In this document: in pieces, positions 20,643-34,376 of the stretch
How positions within the stretch are numbered: position 1 is the stretch's first letter
Layout: each line of letters starts with the position of its first letter
NCBI GenBank assembly: GCA_051942205.1
Contig: JAVECO010000066.1
Span: 1 to 64,000, forward strand
Source of the DNA: Coniocarpon cinnabarinum
Lineage: Eukaryota
Length of the DNA stretch: 64,000 bases
Direction: 5' to 3'
Notes under the pieces: model-generated
Told to the model about the DNA's origin: nothing
What the model saw: only the letters and a program-made list of their open reading frames with translations
The model's database searches: none
Translations under genes and position numbers: made by a program

Positions 20643-23600
20643 TTAGGATGTAGACCTAGGCGGCGGTCCAATGGGACCGGGACCATGGATCGATGTCTTT
20701 GAAGAGTGACCGGTCCCTGGACGAATACTATCGTGTGACATACGGTTGTCGAATTTGGGCGTGACATCGCCCGGTGCCAAGCTTGTGGCGCTTTGAGAGA
20801 AGCTGTCCACAGGTGTAAGCCCGTGCGATGATCGGGGAGGAGGGAGGGCCGTTGACCGGCCAGAAAGGCTGGTCGTTGAGCCCGTGAAGTGCAAGCTAAA
20901 AGGGGAATGGAGATTGGCGCTCGATCCGTTTGTTTGGATGAACTGAGCGGGCCAACCACCGTTGTCGTCTTCCAAGCCAAGGCCTGAATCGTGCGACGCG
21001 TTCCACGGGTTATGCAGCCCGCTTTTCTGGGACTCGATGCTGATAAGGGAGGCCTTTGACACATTACTGGAGGCGTAGCGAGCAATTGTTTCTGCCGAAC
21101 GAGCACTGTTGCGGCGACCTGCAAGGAATGACGATATTCGACCGGGCTGGCGTAGTCGATCGAGGAAGGAGCGCTGCTCATTTGTTCCGTCCTCCCCAAA
21201 GACAGATCGTGTTGGCGAGTCGGTACTATGGACCGGGTCGGCACGATGGAAAAGCTTCGAGTCAAAGAATGGGAGGTTGTCCTCAAACGAATCCGATTTC
21301 GGCCTTGGAATAGCCCCTTTGACCGTAGATGCGTCTAAGCCGTGAGCCACAAGTTGCGTGGTGAGAGAGTCAATACAGTCTTTCAAGGAACCAGCGTTGT
21401 TGCGTGTATAGGCGAGTGTCAGCGTCTCCGTGTTATGGACTTGAGATTCCTCGTTGGCGTCGACAGACGCGAGACCTTGAATGTGGAGCTCAACTGCATA
21501 CTGCGCCTTCAATCGGTCAACGACGTCGTGCTGGAAGTCTGATGAAGCTAGATACTCGGCAAGCTCAGGAGTTGTTTTGAATTGAATGTCATGGCTCTCT
21601 GGGACCATGCCCAACAAATCGTCTTTGGCTTTCGGCACCTGATACTGGGGGCCTGTGACGGTAACAACGTCGCTGGCCTGCTCGGTGCTGGGGAAGATCA
21701 CTTTGCAATTCCAAGTCTGCTCCAACCTCTCCAGATCTTGCATCCGGGTCAACAGCTCGCGATGATAGAGCCTGTTGATGATGACCTTCTCGGAGACAAA
21801 TTCCGCATCTGCCTTCTCAACCATGTCCATGATCTCTTGTTTCACAAGGTCGAGATTTTGAGCGTTGCGTGCCGGAGTGCGACAGATGACGTTGTCAACC
21901 TTGATGTCGTCGTCTTCTTTTGACATGCCACCTCTATCCATTGCATTTGAGAACTTGACAAACACGGAATACTTCTTCATGATTCGCTGAATGTGTTGTC
22001 CACCAATGCCAATAATGCGCTTATGATATGAGTCGGGAACATGAAAAGCGACCGACGCAGGCATTTCTTGTTCAACCAGGTCTAAGCCGTTCTTAGTCGC
22101 TTCATAGGTCGAGCCGCTCACGTCTATGAAGAAATTGTATTCATTAAAGAGGTCGAAGAACACTTGGACGTTGCTTTGGCTCATGATCTTATTGATCTTG
22201 CCGTTCTTCTTGCCGCTCACAAATTCTTTGTGCTCGTTTGCAAGTTCGATCTTTACACGAAGATGCGACTGGGCTTTCCGTACGAACAGAAGGGTACTGA
22301 TGATCCAGAGAGCTGCTTTAACGGCGTCATCAGAGCCGAATACATGGAAAGTCAATTTGTCGAAGCTGATCTCCGCTCCAGAGCTGATGCAGATATCGGC
22401 AAGCATATTCTTGATGTCTGCAGGAGTTGGTGCGCGTTGGGACGCTTCGGAAAGCGTCACATACCACGAGGCACTGTAAAATTGCCCAGAGATCGCCATG
22501 ACTTCTCGAATAGTGCGCTCCACGTGCAACATATCTGTGCCCTGTACTCGAATGCTGTGACGCTGCACACCAAGCTGCGGGATCAAGACATAAGTCCCAT
22601 TGTACTCCATGATTCTCTGAATCTTTTCAAGCCGATCAAGGATAAGGTTGTCAACTTTGTCCGAAGATACTTTGACCTCTTTCATAAGTGGCTTCACGTG
22701 CCTCACAAGTTCATGTAGCTTGGCTTTGGCGCGATGCATATCCTCCTGGTGGTTCGCAGTAATGAATATTTCGTCGTCCCGTCTTCGATTAGCGCTAGGG
22801 GGACAGTATCCTCGAAGATGCGGAAAGGGTGGGGGAAAATAAATCGCGGTATTCGTGGTGGACTCAATCTGTTTGATGTTTCGCCGCATCCTGCCGCAAA
22901 TGATAGTATGCATGGACAGTTCGAGTTTGAATATCTCGACTTTCCGTTTTAGCTGAGCAAAAGAAAAATTAATGTCTTCCTCAATGATGAGTTTTCCAGC
23001 ACAGAACTTACAATCTGATCAATCATGATAAGAATTCGAGTTTTGGCGTGCTCTGAGCTTTCCATGTCACCGTACACCGCAACTCTGAATCTATGATCCA
23101 GGCTGTTGTCCATTGTGCCGTTGAAACCAGCGGTTCCCACGTCGAACTGTTTCGGTCGAAGGAGAAAGATATCGGTTCCAGTCCAGCTGGCTATATAATC
23201 AATATGTTCCAAAATCTTTTCGCGGATACCGGTGGGGGTAGTTGGGGCTGGCTCAGCAACCAAATTTTGATCAATGTCGACAGTTGCACATTGCTAACAT
23301 GGGCGTCAGTAACGTGAGCACACATACGAAGTGCGGTGCTACTCACCAAACATATGGGATGCTCATTAAAGATGCGGAAGCGCATCTTCTTGACCGAATC
23401 CGGATCGCCCGAAAGACAGACGTTGGTGACCATGGCAGTGGACGGACCACCAAGCTGCAGACCAGGTACCAATTTCGGCTCTGAAGAAGTCACTGATGCC
23501 TGCACCCGCCCATCGCTTGACTCAGATGCTGTTTTGCAAAACTCTCGCAGTGTCTCAACATTCTGGACATGCACTGGGAGCTCAGAGACGGGCAGACCTT

Positions 23601-23847
23601 GCTCACCATCCTCGGGGAAGGTCCACTTCCGAAAAGCACCTGGGCTTGCGTGGATGACACCCTGAGGCTCGGGTCCGGCGAGGCCTTGTGAGAAGGGCAC
23701 ATTGAACGACAGGCTCAACTGATTTAGACGCCCACCAGGCGGCCGTGGTATGACTGACGCGTCCCGAGCGTTCTTGAGCATCGGTCCGGGTGAGGAGGAC
23801 GGGTCTGGCTGCTGCCGCTGGCTGCCAAACGGTATCGAGGGTGTCAT
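20643..23847 (-). CDS. Multi-KH-domain RNA-binding protein (YLL032C/Mug60-like)
   Basis: KH GxxG loops EFVSGKKNGKINKIM and HKRIIGIGGQHIQRIMKKY. There are three coding exons (introns ~23288-23346 and ~22951-23011). The start could instead be the in-frame ATG at 23904. Confidence 0.88.
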
Positions 23848-24226
23848 TTTGTCGAGTCCATGCCGGGCCACACCGAACCCGGTGAGGTTCGAGATCTTGT
23901 GCATGGTGACCCGACTGCAGCGCCAGTAAGGCCAGCAGACGGCCAGACACGATCGTGGCACGCACCAATTGCAGAAGGTCGAGGCTGATAAAGCGGGTGA
24001 GCCAGGACGTTGGTTGGGAACGAAGTGTTAGCAGAGAAAGGAAGACAAGAAGTAGAAGTGAAAGATGGAACGAGGGACTTGGCGGGACCAGGCAGGCGAA
24101 GGGCCACAGGTACAAGAAAAGGCTAGGACATGGAGAAGAAAAAGAGGCTGTGCGAGCGATGACGCAGGGCAAGATGGGAACGAAGGATGAGGAAATAGAG
24201 GTCGTGTTAATGGTGGGAGGGTATGG

Positions 24227-24277
24227 AACAGCAGCAGTAAGAGTAGTAGTAGTAGTAGTAGTAGGAGCAGCAGCAGT
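24227..24277. repeat. Compound (GCA)n/(GTA)n microsatellite upstream of the KH gene
   Basis: Read directly as acagcagcagtaagagtagtagtagtagtagtagtaggagcagcagcag. Confidence 0.85.
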
Positions 24278-25178
24278 GCGGGCATTCGAGCCAGCTGGAG
24301 GTCTCAGGTGTGATGTCTGCGGGTGGTCCGAGTGCCGACTTTGCTAGGATCGGAAGCGGAAGGATACGAGAGGTCTGCTGGGCGAGCAAATCTACAGTCC
24401 ACTTGACACAGTCAGATTGTTCGAGTAGAGCATACCTAGTAATTTGTCTGGAAAACAACACTTTTCTTAACGGTCTTCAAAGTGCACGTAATTAATGTTT
24501 TATCATTGCTGTTGTATTTGCGCCACGATTTTTGTTACCGTACCTTGCTTGTCCGCAGCCGCCATCACGTGCAGCGCCACGAATCCCCGGCACGTGACTG
24601 ATATACCTATCCTTGATCAGGGCTGCAGCTCCGGGTATCCGCCCCCGGAATAACCATTAGCCGTCAATCCCCTACTTTGGCCAATGAGCACCATTGAGCG
24701 ACTCAACCATGAGGGTCTAGGTAGACGACGGGCCTGTGCATTGACAACAATTGAAATCATAAAGCTCTAAGCACAGCGGCTAACGCCCTCCACAACTCAT
24801 ACAATGCTGAATCAATATACGGCCAGTGCTTTCCTAGCAGACCCATGCCGGCCCGGGATGGCAGCCTGGATGTCTGCACGCTCACGACCGGGATCACTCC
24901 CGGTCCCGGCGCACCAGGGAGCACTTCAGACAGTGGACTCGGCCTTCAAGATTGGGATCGTGTCACCACCGCTCCACCAGGTATGAAAAAAGAAAAAACC
25001 ATGCAAAAAGCAGTGCGTACTTCCAAAATGTCGATGCAGATTGTGTACATTAATAAAGCAACAAATATGTATACAGGATCAAGTCGAGGCTGCATTACAG
25101 GCTGCAGCGACGATTAGGAGAATCAAACATACTGACCGTCTACGTGGCGCTCTCCTCACTGCATCCCAGCTCTCCCAC

Positions 25179-27786
25179 TCATCGCAATTCGTACTGAGGT
25201 TGCCGCTGCATGCTACTCGACCGATGATGTTGCATTGGGTCCACGCGAACGCTGTATCCTCTTTCTGGCACGTACACCGGCGTCGAACCTGCGTGACCAT
25301 GTGAAAAAGCCATTCGCTCGTACTCCTCATGTGGTGGCAGCGCGTACGGCTGGATGGAAGCTGCTCGTGGCTCTGCAATTGTGTCTTCGTATATTCTCTG
25401 CTGTTGTGGGAAAGAGCGTACAGGTCGCGACCGATACATGGGGCGCGGCGGAGGCGGCATCGGTTGGTAGCCGTCGTCTTCGTCGTCATCGTCCAGCTCG
25501 ATGACCTCCCGCTGAGGACGGGTCACAGCGGGTGGGCCGGGGCGACGGTATGGAGAACGTCGCTCTCTATAGGGAGAGGAATATGGTTCCCTCACAGGGT
25601 CTGGATCCAGCGATTGACGAGATGCAGCATTGTTTGGCACTGCCAACCATTCTTCGCCGTTTTCCAGCACAATGATGCGCTTCTTAGGTGGCGGAGGCAT
25701 AGCTCGCTGGACGCTATAAGAGTCTCCTGCATACTCGCGGGGATGTGATGCTGATGGTGTGTACCGTGCGCGACTACGTGCAACGGGGACGTATTCTACG
25801 TCATCCATTACCGGAGTGCGTGCATAAGGTGGACTGTAGCGAGGGTCTGAATCGTCGTAAGGATCGGCCATCGCCTGAGGCCGAAGGTGTGACGCACTCT
25901 GCAAACTGGCCACTCGCCGAAGATCTTGAGTTTCATAAGCTGCACGCCGTGATGGAGCTGGCAATGAGGGGATTCGAGAGCTTGGGCGTGACTGCCGCTG
26001 TGGAATGCCATATTGACCGGCAAACTCGCGATGGCTTGCGCGCTGCGCACTCTGAGGTTTCGGGAAGGTCGCTGACTGAGGAGAAGGATAATCATGCACA
26101 ACATCGTTGTCGACCGGTGGATTTGGCCGATGCGGAATGGCTTGCTGGAAGGTGTTGCGTCTTGAGAAGGTGCTCAGAGGCGGAGGAGACACAGGTTCCG
26201 GCTTGATGTATGGCAGAGGAGAGTGTACCGATCGCGACGGCAGCTCCCTACGCTTGGGGGGCGGAGCAGCCGTGTGGCTATAGTCTATGTCCTCATGCTC
26301 CTCTCCACGACCCCTCTTTCTCGCAATGCCGAGAGTCTCCGGCATTCGGCCACTATATTGTTGATCAATACTGTCTTGCACACGCTGATTGCGTTGATCC
26401 GTCCTAGCCTGCCTGTTCGCGGCCTTGTTGACCTGGTTTTGTCGCTTGTCGTTTTTAGTTGCATGATTTTGAGGCTGGGCTCGATAGCCGTTTGTGAGAG
26501 ACTGAGGTCCCGCATTGTATCGAGTTGTGAGAGGCGATACTCGAGATGGCTGCGGTGCTGCGGGTGCATGTATGTGGTTTTGGGCGACGGGAATCGCAGG
26601 AGATGGGGGAGAGTACTCTTCTGAGTCTGGACGATGTTGCTGAGAAGGTCTACTTTGCTGAGGTCGTTGCATCGCTCGCGGTCCACGTGGAACGCTCTCC
26701 TGAAATTGACGGCCTGCCCCATCTTTGCGAAATGCGCCGGGAGAAGGTGGCGAGTAAGATTCGTCTGGCATAGTCAGTACTTCAATCAGGTCATAAACTT
26801 GACGGTGTGGCCGCATAGGAAAAAAATGCGACGAGCAGCTTACCTCTCCCTTGTTGCCTACCACGGGCTCGAAATGGACGGTTATCTGGCTGACCTGAGG
26901 CATCAGCACCAGCTGAAACATGGTGGGGAGGCTTAGCTGTGGTGACTGATAGCTTTTGTGCTGCGCTAGCATCAAGACGTCTTGCAGCGAGCGCGTCTTT
27001 GACGCCGCCGCCCGTACCTGTTGTCAGTTGTCGATCAGCCTCAGAGAAAACCTCTCCCTCCTCGGAGCCTGTAGACCACCGCTCGTTGACCTGACTGGAA
27101 TAATAGGAGTTCTCATCGAATGACGACTGGGTCGAAGCAGGAGCATGGACAGGTACATCTTTCGTGATGCGAGGTGATGCGTTAGCGATCACTGAAGCCT
27201 CTTCGAACAATCTCTCAACATTCATCACCAAAGGACCATCCCAGTTTTTGAGCTCATTCCTCGGCTTGTCTTCCGCCCCGTGCTTCTCGAGTTCTGCTCT
27301 CAGGACCCGCTCCAATCGTTGTCTTCTACTTATTATCTCTTTCAGTACTTTTTCATTTTCCTGTTGCTCGCGCTGACGCTTCGAACGCTCTTCTGCTTGG
27401 ACAAGGGCAGGTGATTTCTCTAACAGGAAGGGAAGAAATTGGGGGGTAGCAGACTGATTGATGTTTTCAGATGCGGGAAGGGGTTGTGAGCGAGATGGAA
27501 GCACAGGAAGACCGTTCAGCTGGCTCTGAGTCTCAGGCAAATCTCCTTGGTCAGACACATGACGGTCTGGAGAGCCGTTAACTTGAGCAGATGCAACGAT
27601 TGCGGGCGCTTTTGGCACGACAGTAGGGTTTTTCACCGAGGGATCGTCAAAACTCTTCAGCTGCTCGATGGCAGCTATCGGAAGCTTAATGCGCGGATGC
27701 GCGCCGGCGAGAACATCTTCACGAAGTTTCGCAAGCTTGGTGAAGGAGCTGGCCAGGTCGCGAGAGGGAGTAGTCGCTGTAGTCAT
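25179..27786 (-). CDS. Hypothetical low-complexity Pro/Ser/Arg-rich protein with a coiled coil (2 exons)
   Basis: Two long ORFs joined by intron ~26765-26843 (gtaagc...cag). Motifs include LREDVLAGAHPRIKLP, SSFDENSYYSS, IKPEPVSPPP and DLRRVASLQ. Confidence 0.75.
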
Positions 27787-28429
27787 CAGACTCGCGTATC
27801 ATGCCACGGTCACCCTTCCCCCTATGACCATTCAAGAAGGCAGACAGGGGTCTTCCAACAATAAAGAGCCTAGAAATGATGGCTGCAACAAGATGGGACA
27901 AGGGAATGTAAAGGGCGGTCGGTTTAGGAGGTTAAGAACGAAACTGCAATTATTCGATTTGGATTATATGAGCGTCATCACGAGATACTGCATCCGGCAT
28001 AAACTGCAGCACCCGTGCAAGGTCCAGAGGCGGTCGTTTGATACCACCTCGTGCCATCATCACGCAACCATCTAACATGCTAGCGATGGCACGAAGAGTC
28101 TGGACATACGTTACAGACTCAGTTGAATATACAGATGCTCCTAGACATCTGGCTCAAATACTTTGAGATTTAAGAAGCTTTTGTGATCGTGTCTAGGAGA
28201 TATGGCAACCCTGCCAGTGTACACTATTGCGAACTACGCGTAATGGAATCTGAGATGCAGAGCATTCCACGTTTTCCCTCTACTGTGGTGAGCCAGGCAA
28301 CCCGAGCCTGATCCAGAAGCCACACATAGATATGAAGAGGAGCGTGCAGTCATCCACATTACAAAGATGATATCACAAAGGTGAAAAAGTCCCCTGCTAC
28401 TTGGCAAACGGCGTCCTTGTTACTCATCG

Positions 28430-29193
28430 ATGATGGGACCTGAAGAGGACGATGATGCAGGCAAGCCGGTGCTCTACTTTGACATCGACAATTGCGTACG
28501 TCCAGCTTGACAGACATGCCAGTCGCGATCCACTCACAAGCTGTACAGCTGTATTCCAAAAGTCGAAAAATCCAGGACATGATGTCAGAGCTGATCGACA
28601 AATATTTCATGGACAATCTATCGTTGTCCCAATCAGAGGCTAATGAGCTGCACATGAAGTATTACAAGGAGTATGGTCTTGCAATCGAAGGCTTAGTCCG
28701 CCACCACAAGGTCGACCCGCTCGAGTACAACAGCAAAGTCGATGATGCGCTTCCACTGGAGAAAGTCCTTGCGCCGGATCCAGACTTGCGACGGTTAATC
28801 ATGGACCTTGACCGCAGTAGGGTAAATCTCTGGCTGTTGACAAACGCTTATGTAACGCATGGTAAGCGAGTGGTGAAACTGTTAGGCGTCGACGATCTCT
28901 TCGATGGCATCACGTTCTGTGACTATTCGGCGAAGACCTTTGTATGCAAGCCTCATCACAAGATGTATGAGCGGGCGATGCAAGACACTGGCGTCAAGTC
29001 TCCAGGGCAATGTTATTTCGTCGATGATTCAGCACTCAATTGTCGGGCGGCACAGGGCCTTGGATGGACGACCGCGCATCTCGTGGAAATGACCGAAGAA
29101 CCACCTAAAGAGCCAGCGTCTAGATTTCAGATACGGTCACTCTACGAGCTTCCAAACATCTTCCCCCAGTTTTTCAAGTCGAAACAGAGCTAG
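28430..29193 (+). CDS. SDT1: Pyrimidine 5'-nucleotidase, HAD superfamily (Sdt1/Phm8)
   Basis: VLYFDIDNC|LYSKS (HAD motif I split by intron 28496-28549), YYKEYGLAIEGL, LTNAY, CKP and YFVDDS. Confidence 0.9.
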
Positions 29194-29329
29194 AGTCGGA
29201 GCATTTTGTGAGATGCCTACATTCATTCCATTTGTACAGCAGTTGATAGAGTTGGGATTCGCCCGTATACAAGTCTGGTGTGAGACAACACCAGCAGCTT
29301 TTGAAGTGCACTGAGCCATCTTGCCACAT

Positions 29330-30381
29330 TCAGCATTCGACTGTCCCGCTCTCACCATGATGGCTGTTATTCAAGTCATTTGCAAGCCAGTTGCAGTAGT
29401 CATTCCACAGCGTTGTAATATCTTTGCCTACCGTGTGCATCCAGAAAGGCTTCTCGTCATATTTTCTGCCCTGCAAATGCCCGTTAATCTTCACTACGGT
29501 TCCCTTTCCGCCGTTACCTGTTCCCCCGCATCCCTCCTCCAGCCAATCCAGGAAAAAGGCCGTGTCTTGGTAGCCTGAAAACGGCCCAGCCTCTCTGTTG
29601 ACCTTCCGCTTCCAATGCTTTGCGCCTAAGTCTGCGCGTAGGCTAGCATTGTGAAAGTTAGCACATTGACATTTTCCATCAAGCTCGCGGAGTGGAAGAG
29701 AACACCGATACAGTATATCGCGTGAAATGAGTGGCTACCTCTAATCAACAAGCAAATACCTGCCAGTACTTGTTGGATCTCAACGGGAGCACGAAGTGGA
29801 AGATGCTTTTGCTCACGAGCTCGGATATAGGTGTTCAGATGCTTGACACTTACCGCACCCAATCTGCAATCCCCTCTATGAGGCCACCTGGGGCCCCACG
29901 GTCTTCATCAGGGGCGCCGTTCCACTGCCAGCAGTGCACCATCTCGTGAACTATCACACCGCGAATCTCATACGCATAATCGTTGTCCGCCATCTTGGCT
30001 GCGTGCTTCGTCGACAAATGAATTTCTTTGTGATCGTTGTCAAGCCGCATCCCAGTTGTATAGGCGACGCCATCGTCGTTGTCGAGATACAGTGTGATTG
30101 AACGGGTGCCCGGCCAGAGTTGCTCGTCGGGGAATATCGCAAACGGCGCGCCGTTTGCTGCGGTGCCGGCGTCTGGATACAGCAAAGTGACCACAGTCTC
30201 AACCGCAGAGGACAAAAGCTCATTTGGAGCGAACAAGCCTATCAGACGCTGCGTCTGATGCTGACGAAGGTCGGTGCAGACTAGACGAAGCAACGGTCTG
30301 GGATGAGGTCTCGGAAGCGGCCTGCGATGCTCCACCTGCTGCACCTCGTGTTGCTCTGCCTGTGGTATCACGGGAGCCATT
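29330..30381 (-). CDS. BSP/PBSP-family (peptidase of plants and bacteria) HEXXH protein
   Basis: GVIVHEMVHCWQW, PGGLIEGIADWVR | LRADLGAKHWKR...GYQDTAFFLDWLE; intron 29644-29853. The second exon is missing from the ORF track. Confidence 0.87.
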
Positions 30382-30933
30382 GGTTTGGTATAGAAATACG
30401 CACGAGCAGGCATGGCAAGACCTTGAATGTAGAAGTGGCCTTGCGCTGCAACCAATGGGAGATCTCACTTGCGTTTGATGAGGCAAGGGCAAGGTTCGGG
30501 GCACAGTAGAGTAGAACACGGCATCGGTTGGGTTTCCATGCAAGTCGCGAGTCTCAAGCACTTGCCGTATGTAACTGTAAGACGCTCGCCATCGTGCCCA
30601 TGGCTTTTTGACCCGAAATTCCATTATCGCACAGGCTCTTGACCCTCGCCGCCACTCCGCTCAGACCCTTGGGCAGTGCAGTGCGAGTATAATCCTACCA
30701 CTTGAAGGCGAGATATTTGGACTGTGACTTACCCAACTATCTACATAATCGCGCATGCAAAGACACAGCTCGAGGCTGTGATGCTTCGAAGCTCCATCTA
30801 CCCCCTCACATTGATTAATACACACGCAACAGATTTAGCACTTGCGGGCAAAGTCGGGCGCCGAACGAGCACAAAGCTTAGCTGCTTCTTCTAAGAGAGG
30901 TCTGTACCGACTGGGTGTTTAATGGACCTTGGA

Positions 30934-31585
30934 TTACTTTCCACCTATTGCCAACGTCAAGCTAGCCCTTGTCACTTTCCTCACAGAGCGTGCAGGAAAG
31001 CAGATTTGCACCACTGAAGCTCTAGCGAAACAGCTCTTTCTCCATATGTGTAAGCTTTCGGCGCAGACTGCTCTGAACGTCTTGTTGAATTGCTTGAGGT
31101 CGCGGATGCATCTGCTTTCGAAGGCCTCAAGAAGCATCAAGTCCACTCTTCTTTTTTTGAACATGATAGGAATCATCGCGACGCGTCCATACCGCGCTAG
31201 AACGTATCCTACGATGGTGAACAGGTCAGCACAGCGCGCCCTCTCAGCGTTGCTTATTGATCGATTTTGCCGTAAATGAGTAAGCATGCGGATTGCGTTT
31301 CGCTGTGGCTATTGTCGCCTCATGGTGCGTGGAAATGACTGTTGTGACTTACTCTTGCGGCTTTCCACTCTCCCTCAGGATCCTCAAACCTCCCCTTTAT
31401 CAGGAAGTGCAGACTACTCGACCATTAGTGCCATCTCAAGCGACATGTCAAAAACTTCGGTCTGCTTTGTGATGATCTCGCGGTGTCTTCAGCATTCGTT
31501 GTCATAGAGGATTTAGCCTATGTCGAAGCCCGTAGGTGGGATTGGGCTCTCGGGTGTACGCGGTGTCATGCCCTCGTCCCGCATG
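30934..31585 (-). pseudogene. Possible decayed gene of unknown family
   Basis: Protein-like frame pieces broken by stops, a gtaagt donor at ~31352, and a branch-like gcttac followed by CAA where CAG is expected, leading into ORF 30934-31287. Confidence 0.25.
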
Positions 31586-31872
31586 GCTGCGGCTGTGGTG
31601 CGTTTGGATGGTTGGTGATGGACTGTGCCATTAAGGACATTCGCGTCGATTCTTCACAGAGGGGCATATTGTAGCAAAGGATAGGAGGATAGGGCTGTCT
31701 ATGAATGCTTAAAGTAAACGTGTCTGGTTCAGGTTTCCTTGATGGCGAGTCTCGTTGAACGCGTGAAGCTAAGTGCGCCTTTCTTTGAGAAGGTAAAATA
31801 CTTACTTCAAGCTTCAGGCAGCAAGTCGTCGCCCGCTCCAGCACATACCAGATTGTCGTACTCTGTAGATAC

Positions 31873-34376
31873 CTATGCCTCTTCCTGCAAGGTCGGTGCA
31901 AAGTTTTTCAGCCAATCATGTGCCTGCAAGACATCTCCTTTCTGCGCCTCGAGAGCCGCCACACACCACGGCCAGCCATACTCGCCGCTCATGGGAGTGC
32001 GCTTGCCCTCTGCTTGGAGCATGTCTGCTAGCCCTCTTCTTCGCTGATTCGACTCGTCCGTACAGAAATGCAATGGCGTTGTCTGTTGGTCTGGACTATC
32101 AACAAACAGTCCATCAATGTACGGTCTTATGACTGGCATTGCTTCCGCGATTGTCAGTGCTTTCGCGGGGCTGCTTCCACCCAACCTCGCAATTCCAGCC
32201 TTTCCTGTTGTGCAGAGAGGATTACGACACCAATCCTTTCCACATCCAGCTGTGAGTTGCGACAGATAGCGCCGCTCCACACGTCGCCTGAGTGCCTTGC
32301 CTTCTGGATCGTGTACTGAGACGTACAATGGGGAAAAGCAAAGGCTACATAGACCAATGCTGTTGCCTGGCCCTTGTCCTATTTTGCTCCCGCTCCGAGT
32401 GTCACCGCTCAAACTGGCACCATCTAGCGTGCGGCCACAAAGCACATTTCTGCAAATTCGTGGGGCGGGTCTGTAGCATCAAGAGTCAGTAAATAACTCG
32501 CAAAGCTTGAAGGGTTGAGCTGCAACTACAAGAAGCACATGACATTGCACCTCACTGGCTCTGATACCATGTGCAGGCGAGCTGAGGGAAGATGCACATA
32601 CCTAGTTCGTCGCTCAAAATCATGATTCTTAAGATGCGTCTCCATCTCTCTCAAACGAACGATGCGCCCACACAGGTGGCACTCAGTTGTTCTCGCCCCG
32701 TCGGCGACCTCATGCGCAGTCATACCAGACAGAACGACCTCTGCGTCAGAGGTTGCGAATGGATCATCGCCCGAGCCTCCTTGTGGTACTGTCAAGTGAC
32801 AAAATCTACAGAGAATCTGCTTGCCAGGACACGTGGTCACGCGATGCTGCGCAAGTGTTGACAGTGACGCCAAGTCATCCGGATAGGAACATGAAGGGCA
32901 TCGCACGGGCGTATGAGCGCGGCGCTGGTGGTGTCTCCGAGACAGCTTTGATGATCCGGACGAGCTGCACGCCTCACAGTGCCAGTGCTCTTCAACAGTG
33001 GTCGAACCGCGCTGGAATACTTGCTCACAATCGTCCGAATACGGGCAGCGAACGTTATTGCGTCGGCAGAAGCTTTCGTGTAACGTTAATGACTGTTTTG
33101 GAATGGCGTGTTTGCAATTTGTGCAAATGGCTTCATCTGGACCGCAGTCTCTGATCTTTCTAGATTCTCCCTGGATTGCGGCTGGGGTAGATTCTTGCTG
33201 GAACGCGGTGACGGTGATGCTGAAACGCGTTTTACTTTGTTCGGTCGTTTCCACCAAAGGCGCATGTACGGCGACGTAAAGGCTCTCCGCCTTGTCAAGC
33301 TCTATGTTGGCAGGACTGAGGCGGATGCGCTTAGAAGGACGGTCTTCGACATCAGCAAAAACGTGCTGGTCCTCTCGTGGTCTTGCTCGCTGGTAATGAC
33401 CGTGAGGGCTAACAAACAGGTCGAGTTGAGCATCACTCACGTCGCTGTAAGTCTCAAGGTCAATCGTCAGGCCTTCATGGCGTGGCCAAGACTTGAGTTC
33501 GTAGTCCACGTAATGCCCAGGTAGCAGCTGACCACTTGTCTTCTTTCCAAAGTTCAAATCACCTCCCGAAGAACTGCCTTGCTCGGGATCTGAGACTAGC
33601 TTGTGCTTTTGCGCATACTTTTTCATGGTTTCGCGAGCTTGCTCTTCGTTCAAGGCTTCAATGTCGACTTCAAGATCCGTGTCTACAACGCAAATGCCCT
33701 CAGCCTGAGGTCTGAACTCATCCACTAGGAACTGGAAGGTCTCCATGGCGGTTGCTCGAACAGTCAAGACTTCTCCGCGCGTCAGAGTTGTAAAGTTGCT
33801 TCGCATGTGTGTCTCCAGCAGGGCTTTCCAATCCTCAGGATCATAGCCGGCCTCCAGCGGGCGCAGTCTCACAAACTCCCCTTTGGGCAGCTGTTGAAAA
33901 TGTGCGGTTATCTTTGGATGCTTCGAAGATGCAGCAAGATCGTTGTCATCTCCTTCAGGCACGGTGGAGGCATTATCTTCGGCGTTTTTGGGATCCTGGA
34001 GTCCAAGCGCATTTAGAAGAAACGAACTCAGAGCCACGCTACTCTCAGGAGCTGAAAATTCGGCGACACCTGCGTAAACAACGCGGCTGTTCTCCGGATT
34101 GACAAGGCGAAAGGTTAACGGATGTGGCAGCTTTTGCTCAGTAGGCGCAAATTGGTGTTGAGCATGGCGCTGAGCCGCGGAGGCGTACGGGTGCGCGACG
34201 CTGAGGCCATTGTAGCTCTGCGGTGAACTCAGGCTAGTATTTGTTTGCGGAGCGGCGTCGAGCAGCTGTTCTAAGGCTTGGGAGGGAAGGATGACTTTAT
34301 CGCCAGCAAGTGATGGGGGAGAAGGTATGAGATGGTACTGCGCCGACCATTCCAGAGGTCTTGCCTCGGTTGACAT
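31873..34376 (-). CDS. UFD1-domain protein with C-terminal zinc fingers and an AZUL-like domain
   Basis: GDKVILPSQALEQL, YAGVAEFSAPE, LPKGEFVRLRPLEAGY, FTTLTRGEVL, VVDTDLEVDIE, Cys/His clusters and RRYLSQLTAGCGKDWCRNPLC; intron 32471-32601. Confidence 0.88.

Noticed and set aside
23603..24461. Hydrophobic polyL and polyY ORFs
   Set aside because: They derive from the microsatellite and the pyrimidine-rich leader of the KH gene.
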